DNA of 50,026 nt from Octopus sinensis. Lineage: Eukaryota. The DNA lies in contig NW_021834287.1 of the NCBI RefSeq assembly GCF_006345805.1, positions 1 through 50,026 on the forward strand, written 5' to 3'. The notes under the pieces are model-generated. The model did no database searches and was not told the DNA's origin. It saw only the letters and a list, made by a program, of their open reading frames with translations. The translations under genes were made by a program, and so were the position numbers. Shown piece after piece: positions 23,042 to 33,486 of this stretch; the stretch's first letter is position 1; every line of letters starts with the position of its first letter.

Positions 23042-23127
23042 TTTTATTTATTTACTTTATATTAAAATTTTTTTATGTATTGATTAAGTCTTTCCTTGTT
23101 TGATTTGCAAAATAGTGGTTTTGTCTC
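22927..23127. repeat. Perfect fold-back inverted repeat, 79-bp arms around a (TATT)n spacer, in intron 1
   Basis: 22927-23005 is the exact reverse complement of 23049-23127. A diverged single copy lies at about 22408-22470. Confidence 0.9.
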
Positions 23128-23972
23128 GAATTATATTATATAATATTTTACTTTAAAATTGGATTTAATCCTAAATCTGATTTTTCCCTGTAAATTTGGA
23201 TTTATTCCCTAATATTTATTATTATATATATATATATATATATGTACATATATATGTAGTTGTTGTTGTAGTAGTAGTAGTAGTAGTAATAATCATGAAG
23301 ATTGTTGATTGAATCGGGTACTTAAAATAAAGATATGCACCAGGTAGTGTTGAATAAACCTGTGGTCACCACCTATGGTCGATTAAATATACAACAGGAT
23401 ATTCCACTTGTGCACAAACAGAAAACCGTTGCTATGTAGGTTTAGCACCTAGGGGCTGGTTCAAATCGCACGTTGCGATGATCATAAGCTGTTAGTACAC
23501 ATCAGGGTTTCCGATGTATCATAAACCTCTATGGTGTATTATAATCAAATGAATGGTAACAGACAACGGATAACTGTCAGCTCTTTACAGCTGTTTCTAA
23601 TACACTTTTTTAAATAGAAGAATTAATGAATTAATCATTACAAAAACCGTAATCATCAAATGAAACATAATTTCAAAACAATCTTTCTTCTTGTATTTCA
23701 AAAATGGGTAAGAAACACCTGTAATTAGCTGACTTTTATCCATCACCTGTCATTATTCATTTCTTTGTGTGTATAAACACAAACAGACAGACAGAACTGG
23801 CGTGTCTTGAAGGAACTTTAAAATGGTCAGACCCTTCTGAGTGCAGGAGCCATCATGGCCACATCAGCACCAGAAACTTGGAACAGATGCTCGATAAGAG
23901 GCTAAGCACAATTCCAGGTACCTATGGAGTGGGGGAACAATGGTAATATGCGTTGGATGTAACAATACTTAC

Positions 23973-24217
23973 TTAGGCCACTGGAATGGTATGCGCTTTT
24001 CAGCAGAACTTCCATCTCCTTCCTCTTCTGTCCCACTAACTGACAGCCCTTCTATTATTTCCTTGGCTTCATATTCATCAACAGGCGTCAACTCTGTCGT
24101 TGTTGTAACATTATCTGATGCGACTGTTGTTTCTGTCGTTGTTGCAACATTATCTGATGCGACTGTTGTCACCCACAGACACAAAACGAAAGTCGTTAAG
24201 AGCACAAGATTCTTCAT
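23973..24217 (-). CDS. Exon 1 of secreted EMI-like/cbEGF gene: signal peptide, acidic propeptide, KR site
   Basis: Kozak-like acagccATG; MKNLVLLTTFVLCLWVTTVA hydrophobic leader; ...SSAEKR-IPFQWP; donor CCT AA|gtaagt (phase 2); 39-bp internal tandem duplication at about 24093-24169. Confidence 0.85.
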
Positions 24218-24432
24218 GGCTGTTGTTTCTTTCGTTTAGTTTTCAGTGCTCCCCCTGATTACTGACACACAAACGGCTTGGGAAAAATGCCTAAGTCTTC
24301 GTGTTGGATTTGTCTTCTGGTGGTTCCTCTAACACTCAAAAGTTTTCAACAATTGTAGCAGTAGTGGCAGCAGTAGCAGCAGTCTTGTTGCACCAACGGC
24401 CAGGTCATGTTACAACTGTCCACAAACAGTCT

Positions 24433-24476
24433 TATTTATAATAAAACAGCAACATTCTCCCCCGTAATTTGATTGG
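24433..24476 (-). promoter_or_regulatory. TATA box and CCAAT box of the EMI-EGF gene
   Basis: TATAAATA on - at 24433-24440 and AACCAATC containing CCAAT at 24472-24476, about 215 nt upstream of the ATG. Confidence 0.6.
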
Positions 24477-24489
24477 TTGAAATCAAGTT

Positions 24490-24745
24490 TTGTTGTCCTG
24501 CAACCCGGACCTTGAAGACAAAAGCAACTGTGCACATTACCTCTTCCACCTCCAAACAATGTTTTGACCAATTATCAAACATGGGAATTAGACATCTTTT
24601 CAAAAACTCAACCAACAAGATCGAACTGAGATGGCATTCTCACACGCGTTTTAGCATGTGAAACTTGTGTGTGTGTGTGTATATATATATATATACTTAT
24701 GTTTATGCATATCTGCATGTCAGTATGAATGTATGCATGCATGTA
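24490..24745. repeat. Segment duplicated in inverted orientation at 36985-37200
   Basis: gaagacaaaagcaactgtgcaca...gacatcttttcaaaaactcaaccaacaagatcgaactgagatggcattctcaca...catatctgcatgtcagtatgaatgtatgcatg occurs as reverse complement at 36985-37200. Confidence 0.85.
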
Positions 24746-24754
24746 TATATATAT

Positions 24755-24870
<116 letters not shown>

Positions 24871-24935
24871 TATATATATATAATATATATATATATCTAT
24901 ATATATATATATTATATATATATGTATATATATAT

Positions 24936-25021
<86 letters not shown>

Positions 25022-25169
25022 GTGTGTGTGTATGTTTCTGTTTCTCAACACCCACCCACCCACCGCTTGATAACCAGTGTTGGCGTGTTTACATCTTCGT
25101 AACGTACCGGTTCAACAAAAGATAATTATCATCATCATAATCATCATCATCATCATCGTCATCATCATC

Positions 25170-25860
25170 ATCTCTTTATCACAAATTTTATTAGAACCCC
25201 TGGAGTCTTGCATGCATGGTGGGTTTACTACCTGCAGCCTACGGTACCATGCTATCCGTTCTTTTCAGCTTTCTAATACTCTCCTTTATTATTCTGGCCA
25301 TGTGCCAATGAGACAAACCTTTTGTAACAGTTCTACTGGGCATTCTATTCCAATTTCCTTTATATTCCCTGTGATCCCTTCTGATACTGTCCCCAAAGAC
25401 CCAACAATAATTGGCACTATCTTCACCTGCTCCATTTTCCATAACCACGCTATTTCGTACTTAAGAGGGTTGTTTCTATTTTTCTTTTCGCCTTCCTTCT
25501 TGACTGTTCGTGGGTCAAAGAAGAATGCAACATCAACTATATCGCACATGTGGTGCACCTTGTCCACCACCCCAAGGTCCGGTCTGTTGTGCTCCACCAC
25601 CACAAGGTCCGGTCTGTTGTGCTCCAGCACCTGATCTGTTTGGATGGCGAAATCCCAGAGGACTTTACCAGTCTCAGACTTGGCCACTCTCCGCGGTTTG
25701 TGCTCACACCACGTCTTGCCTCTCCCTAGCCCCCACTTTTCATACAGTTTCCAATGCAGCACTTTCGCTACTTGGACATGTGGCCACAATTTGTCGAGGG
25801 CATTCGTTTGCGATATGAGCTGTTGTTTATCGTAGACATTTAAGACATTTGGAACGATAT
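25170..25860 (-). mobile_element. R4/Dong-type LINE 3' fragment (REL domain) with (GAT)n tail
   Basis: CPRQIVA / HWKLYEK / LWDFAIQTDQVLEHNRPDL / VPIIVGSLG; 30-bp internal duplication of HNRPDL; (ATC)n at 25123-25170. Confidence 0.85.
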
Positions 25861-25861
25861 C

Positions 25862-26300
25862 ATCAACATCGTCTTAGAAAAATTGTCAGGATAAATGGTA
25901 AAATGGCCATCAATGATATGGAGGTACTTGAGAGAAGTGGTAGTAAAAGGGTAGAATCAATGATTCTGGAAAGTCGTTTGAGGTGAGGTGGGCATCTGGA
26001 AAGAATAAACGATGAAAGATTTCCCAAGTAACTTTTATTATGGTGAACTGGAAGAGGGTAGGAGACCAGCACATAAAGCCAAAATGAGGTTCAGGGACTG
26101 CCTTAGAATTGCTCTGACACAGACAGGGGTTTCAGTTGTTTATTGGGAGAGGGAGGCACGAGACGGAGGTGGACGGAGGAAGGGGCCGCATAGTGGTCGT
26201 TCGAAGCTTGAGGGAGAAAGAATGAAGCCCGAGGAAATTAGGAGAAAGCTTAGAAGGAACGAACCTGAGGAGGAGGATGGAGGGTTGCTTTGTGTGTGTG
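25862..26300 (+). mobile_element. RTE-clade LINE 3' fragment
   Basis: Degraded RL-W-GHL-R...R-PK-L-YGELEEGRRPAHKAKMRFRDCL, typical of RTE C-termini. Confidence 0.65.
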
Positions 26301-26620
26301 TGTGTGGTTTGTTGGAGGAGGTGTTCACTGACAAAATTCCGTGCTGAATGTTTTTCAGTGAAGAGGTCGCGGATTCAAAGCGACGAAAATATTTTGGCAA
26401 ATTAAATTTAAATGTTGAAGTGAATCTAATGGTTTTCGTGTGTTTCTTAAATGGCTTATAAACACCTTCCACGCTGCAATTGTTTTCGTTGCAGCACACG
26501 ATCTCAGATCAAGTCACTTACATCACCGTAATGTATATATATATATATATATAAGCTTGCTTGGAGAAGAAGAAACAAAACGAACGAATCGAATCGAATA
26601 TATATATATATATATATGTT

Positions 26621-26656
<36 letters not shown>

Positions 26657-26694
26657 ACATATACATATATATATACATATACATATATATGTAC

Positions 26695-26731
<37 letters not shown>

Positions 26732-26974
26732 ATGTATATATATATATATATAAAATTTATGTATGTATATATATATATACACATACATACAGAAAGATGA
26801 AGGAAATGGAGAAATAAAATTGACATATTAAAAAAAGTTATTTACACCATAATATAATTATACTATAAAAAGATACAAAATAATACAACAACTAAATTCC
26901 AACAATTTGCTTCGACTCATTTGTAATGGTGGATTAACAAGTTTCATATTAACAAGTCTCTTCGTGCATATGGA

Positions 26975-27350
26975 AGCACTCCGTCGGTTACGACGACGAG
27001 GGTTCCGGTTGATCCGATCAACGGAACAGCCTGCTCGTGAAATTAACGTGTAAGTGGCTGAGCACTCCACAGACACGTGTACCCTTAACGCAGTTCTCGG
27101 GGATATTCAGCGTGGCACAGAGAGTGACAAGGCCGGCCCTTTGAAATACAGGTACAACAGAAACAGGAAGTAAGAGTAAGTTGTGGTGAAAGAGTACAGC
27201 AGGGATCACCACCATCCCCTGCCGGAGCCCCGTGGAGCTTTTAGGTGTTTTCGCTCAATAAACACTCACAACGCCCGGTCTGGGAATCGAAACCGCGATC
27301 CTACGACCGTGAGTCCGCTGCCCTAACCACTGGGCCATTGCGCCTCCACT
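26975..27350 (-). mobile_element. tRNA-derived SINE family C
   Basis: Reverse complement carries gtggaggcgcaatggcccagtggttagggcagcggactcacggtcgtaggatcgcggtttcgattccc. Confidence 0.8.
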
Positions 27351-27767
27351 CGTGCATATATATACTCGTTCAAAAAGCTGGCGAAAATTCCATGTCAGGA
27401 ATGTTAAAGGATAAAGTAAACTGATTTAAAATATATCCACGTTTACAAGCGTGAGCGTTAATTATTCATATACATATACATACACAAGCGTATATATATG
27501 TGTGTGTGTGTGTGTTTAGCATAAACAGAGTTAGCGGTTAAAATAACCAACAAGGGGATAAAACATCCCTATATACCATCGTTATCCGTTAGCCGTATTA
27601 CCCCCGGGTGAAACGTGGAAGAGAGATACCAGCTGGTCTGAGTGCTCTCTACCCACAATGACTGACACTGAAAAAAAAACTAAAAAAACTACAGCAACTC
27701 AGGGAAACTAAACCTGAACAACCTGCCATCCTCTACACACCATCATAAACTGCGAGCAGGGTACAAA

Positions 27768-30610
27768 TTGTTGTCCTTAAATGCTCGCAGTTTGTGCAAC
27801 AAAATTCATTTGTTCAACGCCTACGTCGGAAGTATTGACCCTGACTTCATCACTGTCACGGAAACATGGGCGCATTCCTTACTCTGTGATGGGGTTTTCA
27901 ACATCACTGGGTACAACCTCTTCCACAAGGACCGCATTAACTGCCGTGGTGGTGGTGTGATGGTCTACGTTCGTTCAAATTTTTCAGTAATTCCTTGTGC
28001 CGATTTGAACGAATCACAAGAAGAAGTTTTTTTCTGTGATGTACGTATGACCATGTCAACACTCCTGCTTGGTGTTGTTTATCATCCCCCAAATTACCAT
28101 CGGGACACACAGCTTTGCAATGTCCTCCGAGCTGCTGCCAGGAAAACAGCCACTTATGTTTTCATTGCAGGCGATTTCAATCATCCTGAGATCAATTGGG
28201 AAACCTTCCATTGGCCACAGAGTGCAAACGATTTTGTTGAGCCTGTGCTGGACTCAAACTGGTCACAAGTAGTCACCTCTCCAACAAGAGGCGACAACAC
28301 CTTGGACCTGCTCTTCACCACAACTCCTGAAGCGGTTATCAATTGCACTACGGAGGAACCTCTAGGTGACTCTGATCATGCTATGATCATCGCCAATCTG
28401 GCTCTTGCGGGCAACAAAAACCTGAACCATCTCCAATCTGCTTCCTTCGATTGGAAGAGAGCAGATTGGAACCTGTACCACACTGAACTACAGCACCCAA
28501 ACTGGCGTGAATTCTACAACTCTGGAGATGTGAATACTATACTCCAGAGTATCCTGGACTCAATATGGGCAGCATGTGCAGCATCAGTGCCACGTAAACA
28601 AAAAAAGAAGAACCGCCCCAAAAGGGCAATTTGGGAAACTTCAGCGGTCCGACTTGCCAGGAAGGAACGTCGAACTGCTGAACGGGAATTCAAGTTGCAT
28701 AAATCAGACACCAACAGGAAGAAGCGGAATAAATCTTCCAACCATCTCAAGCAAGTGACAAAAAAAGCAGTGCTTGAATTTGAACAGTGCATAGCAGCCA
28801 ATCCTGACAGCAAGGTTTTCTGGAAATATGTGCACTCAAAGCAGAGACCTCACTCTCCAGTGGGCCCTCTTCGCAACCCTCACACAAACCAGATCACTGA
28901 CGACCCCAAGGAATGCGCAGAACTCATTGCCGAGTGCTATGCAAACATATTCACTGTTGAAAGTCAAAATGTACCATCTTCACCATCTCTAACAGCAAAT
29001 TCCATAACAACTATGGAATTTACACCTGCAATGCTGCGACGTCACCTTCAAAATAAGCACAACTATGCCTCCCCTGGTCTTGATGGAGTTACATACCTGC
29101 TTCTCAAACATGGCAGGTACTTCTTTTTACACCAGCTCTCTACTTTCTTCCAGTACTGTCTCAACAATGGTGCTACTCCGGAGCAGTGGAAAACTGCCAG
29201 TGTCATTCCTCTATTCAAGAAGGGCGACCGCACATCACCTGTCAACTATCGCCCAGTCAGTCTCACTAGCTGTATTGCAAAACTGATGGAATCGTGTGTC
29301 AGAGAAACACTCTGGAACTTCTGGAGCTCTTACAGTCTCATCCGACCCTCACAATATGGATTTGTCCCTAACTCCAGCTGCAGTGATCAGCTTGTCGAGT
29401 TCCTTGAGGACATTACTTAGATCACTGACAGTGGCTCATGGGTGGATGTTGTCTACCTTGACTTTGCTAAGGCTTTCAACTCTGTGCCACACAAAAGGCT
29501 TATGGTGAAACTCTTTGCAATGGGTGTGGGGGATGACCTTTTTAACTGGTTGAAATCCTTCATTCTCAACCGAAAGGAGGTAGTCACAGTTCTAGGACAG
29601 CATTCTACACCATATGAGATGTCATCGGGTGTACCACAGGGATCTGTCCTTGGTCCCCTCTTGTTTGTGGCATACATTAATGACATAGATGCAAATTTAA
29701 AGAATGCCACAGTATTAAAATATGCAGACGACATCAAGCTGTACCTTGAAATCAAGAGGACAGATCCTGTTGTCTACAGCTCTTTCCTGCAATCAGACCT
29801 GGACACAATGCAGCAATGGATCACAGACTGGCAACTGAAACTGGCTGTGGACAAGTGTACCACCATGCATTTTGGGAGAAAAAACCCTGTGTCCACATAC
29901 TCCCTCCACAACACTGATATCAAGAAATCCTCTTGCGAGCGTGACCCAGGCATCACTGTCAGCAGTGATTTGCGTTGGACAAAGCATATCTCTAAAATTG
30001 TCAAGAAGGCCGAGGGTGTCTTGGCATCACTCAGCAAGACTTTTGTTAGCCGCTCTGCAGCCATCTATTTAAAACTGTATACAGCTATGGTACGACCACA
30101 CTTGGAATTCGCATCATCAGTTTGGAACCCCTATCTTGCTCAGAACATTGACCTCCTGGAATCTGTTCAGAGACGTGCAACCAAACGCATACCCTCCATC
30201 AGACACATACCATATTCTGAGCGCCTTGTTTCCCTGGGCATGGATTCACTGAAGCTCCGGCGTCTGGCGACGGACTTGGTAAACGCCCACAAAGTTGTCA
30301 ACCACCTCACCAATAACAACACTGAACACCTTTTTGATCTCCATGTGTCTAACACACGTGGACATGCCTACAAAGTCAGAAAACAACACAGCTCCCATGA
30401 CTTTCGGAAACATTTCTTCACACTCAGAGTTGCTGAAGCATGGAATAAACTGCCTGCGTCAGTTGTTGACTGCCATGACACTGCATCCTTTAAGGCCCTC
30501 ATGCTTTCCGAAATCCGTCGAAACTACACCTGATTATATATACACTTTCGATGAGTTGTAGTGCACCTGAGCACTGTACACAATGTTTATTATTATTATT
30601 ATTATTATGA
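27768..30610 (+). mobile_element. CR1/L2-superfamily LINE: APE endonuclease plus RT ORF2 broken by one in-frame stop
   Basis: LNARSL..K, ITVTETW, GGGV, AGDFNHP, PTRGDNTLDLL, SDH; NYRPVSLTS, YLDFAKAFNSVPH, GVPQGSVLGPLLF, YADD. ORFs 27768-29420 and 29442-30533 share a frame, separated by TAG 29418-29420. (ATT)n tail at about 30590. Confidence 0.92.
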
Positions 30611-30702
30611 AACAATTTAAAAGGTTACTTCGCACTAAATGGGTAAAATTAACACCGGGTCCACAGGTAGATTAATACTATGAGAAAAGTTACCTTATAT
30701 GA

Positions 30703-30738
<36 letters not shown>

Positions 30739-30762
30739 ATGTATATGTATAATATATATATA

Positions 30763-30809
<47 letters not shown>

Positions 30810-30817
30810 GATATATC

Positions 30818-32084
30818 TCAGGTCATCCCATAAGTTCTGTCTGAATTTTGAATAAAGACAACAAGTGATCAAATGTTATATTTAATTGAAATTTAATCAT
30901 CAATGTACTTTCCCTGATTATCTATGACTTCCTTCCATCTATTTACAAGCTTTTTAATCCCATCAATGTAAAACTCTTTTGGTTTCAAAGTAAAGAATTC
31001 TGAAATGTCAGTTTCGACCTCCTCCTGGCTTGCGAAAGTTATGTCCCCCAAATGATTCTGTAAACTACGAAACAAATGGTAGTCTGAAGGAGCAAGGTCG
31101 GGAGAATAAGGTGGATGAGGAATTTTTTCCCAACCAAGCTCTTCGATCTTCTATGATGTGATCTTTGCTGTGTGGGGGGTCACGCATTGTCCAGATGAAA
31201 CATCACTCCTTTTCAATTCACTAAAGCGGGTCTTTTTTTATTCAAAGATCGGTTCAAATACTCTTATAGCTGACAGTAGACATTGATTGTTGCATTTGGT
31301 GGTAACAATTCAAAGTGAATTACTCCTTTGCAATCCCGCCAGATAGAGAGAAGAACCTTTTTCTTATGAAGTTCTCTTCTCAGTTGTGGTTGAGCGTTTT
31401 CCTTTTTACCAAGCCACTGTTTACGATGTTCAACATTTTGATAGAAGATCCATTTTTCGTCACCAGTCACAAGTCTATCCAAAAAGGGTGAAATGAGTTC
31501 GAGAGAATGGAGAGAAGAGCAGATATCAACTCGGGATTTGCGGTTATTTCAGACAATTCATGAGGCACCCATTTTCCAAGTTGTTGAAGATGACAATGAA
31601 CAGTTGTATGGTTTGAACTAAGCTTTATTACCAATTCTTCAACTGATAATGCAGAATTTTCTTCAAGTAATGCCTCAAGGAGCTTATCATGAAACTCCAC
31701 TTTACGTCCTGTTCGATCTTCATCTTCAAAGCTGAAATCTCCACTCCTGAATTTTGCAAACCATCTTCTGCAAGTTCTTCCATTCAAGCATTCTTTCCCA
31801 TAAACTGAGTGTTATGTTTCGAGTCGCTTCGGCTGCAGAGTTTCCTTTTTTGTACTCATAAAGCATTATGTGCCTCAAATGCTCTTTGGATACTTCCATG
31901 TTAGAAAGGGTTTTAATCAAATAAATTTTAAGTCTATTATTCTGTAAAATAATACTTAATTAGTTTAAATGTACACAAATGCATAAAAATAATTTTTAAT
32001 TCCATCAGACATTCTAAAATACTATTAAATTTCATTCAATTTTTAAAAAAGGTAAAATCGGACAGAACTTATGGGATGACCTGA
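30818..32084 (-). mobile_element. Mariner (DD34D-type) transposon, full length with both TIRs, degenerate transposase
   Basis: TIRs tcaggtcatcccataagttctgtc (24 bp identical). Fragments MEVSKEHLRHIMLYEYKKGNSAAEA, RRWFAKFRSGDFS, WVPHELS, VTGDEKWIFY, GIKKLVNRWKEVIDNQGKYID; several frameshifts; TA TSD not intact. Confidence 0.9.
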
Positions 32085-32257
32085 TGTATACAAAAGGAAA
32101 GTTGCTAAAAATGTTCTGGGGTCGAATTGTTAACTTCGCAATTAAAATGCGGTACCCCAGCATGGCCACATGTCAATGACAAGTAAAGGATAAAAGAAAA
32201 ATTACATTTTGGACGTATATGTCTGTCTGTCTGTCTGTATGTATGTACGTATGTACG

Positions 32258-32291
<34 letters not shown>

Positions 32292-32419
32292 AGTATAAAA
32301 ATGTTGCATGATGAAGTGACGTACAAATCCACACAGACAAAGCGTCCTCAATCTTTAAGTTTAAAATGTCAAAGTACAATGGTAAAAAGTCTCCCATTAT
32401 GAAGTCAGAGATGTTAAAA

Positions 32420-32810
32420 TGGAAATGCAAAGATCCTATGGGATTTGATGATTCAGTGCAACCATGAGATTGAGATTAGGAAGCAGGACATAGTCTTAAT
32501 TGAGAAAGAAAGCAAACGATGCTGGATCATAGATATAGTATGCCCAACTGACAACAATGTATGTGATAAGGAAGAAAAGTCGATAGATATAACAGGTTAG
32601 CTTGGGAGGTTAAACAGTTGTGGTCGATGACAAAGGTGGTAGTAGTACCAAACATTGTCGGAGCCCTGGGAACAGTGAGCAATAATCTGGAGAAGTGCGT
32701 GGAACAAATAGGGGCTGCAATAAGGGTGGAGGACTTGCAGAAAACAGCAATACTCCGGAAGGTGCTCGGAAAATAAGGGGTGTTACCTTAGCTCACTGGT
32801 AGTGATCAGA
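32420..32810 (+). mobile_element. Degraded R4/Dong-type LINE 3' fragment
   Basis: WDLMIQCNHEI...DIVLIEKESKRCWIIDIVCP; ends before the (AAT)n at 32831. Confidence 0.7.
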
Positions 32811-32830
32811 GATAGAAGCTGTGCAAAGGC

Positions 32831-32862
<32 letters not shown>

Positions 32863-32870
32863 CAACAACA

Positions 32871-33430
32871 TGCCGTGATGCAGTACCAGACAGTGGCTCT
32901 CATGGCTCCTGATCTTAACTGATTGGAAGTGTTATCATGTACATTGTTTTGTCTTGATATAAAAGATGAACTTACAGCAAATATTCTGCTCAATACCACA
33001 GATTTGCTTGTCAGTTGTTTGACCTTCACCAGTTGACCATGTCCCTTTGTGGCTGACAATATGTGCATCTCTGATCACGAGCAGAAGTAGTGGGGGAGCA
33101 TCATAGCCATGTGTTGAGAGGGATTCTTTGGGGTTTGAATAATTCACCTCTGAAAACATGGGTGTTTTGCTCAACATCCTTAAACAACCCTTATTCAGGG
33201 ACGTTTTGAGCGGGATGGGTTACTCGACCAGAAGAAAATTCTAACTGGGCCCAACCTGCAAGGTCATGTGCTGTTTATCTTGATATGAGATAACCATGTT
33301 GCACACATATGGTTGTGATGCTTGTGCCTGGTGTACCCTTATCAGACAGGTAGTCATGATGGGTGTACTGGGCTTTGTATATTTGTATCCCAGTGTCACT
33401 TTGATGGAATGCACTGCTCTCTCACTCAAT
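32871..33430 (+). mobile_element. ~560-bp (AAT)n-embedded repeat, copy 3
   Basis: Reverse complement of copies 1 and 2; ends ctctctcactcaat followed by (AAT)n. Confidence 0.85.
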
Positions 33431-33446
33431 AATAATAATAATAATG

Positions 33447-33483
<37 letters not shown>

Positions 33484-33486
<3 letters not shown>

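Noticed and set aside
23862-23921. Alternative exon 2 after a 51-nt intron (KYLELCLASYRASVPSFWC*)
   Set aside because: Very short intron with a weak pyrimidine tract; the 22787 acceptor gives a coherent EMI-EGF product instead.
23969-24217. Stand-alone 82-aa neuropeptide precursor ending IPFQWPK
   Set aside because: The stop lies inside a consensus GTAAGT donor; the reading frame continues through downstream exons.
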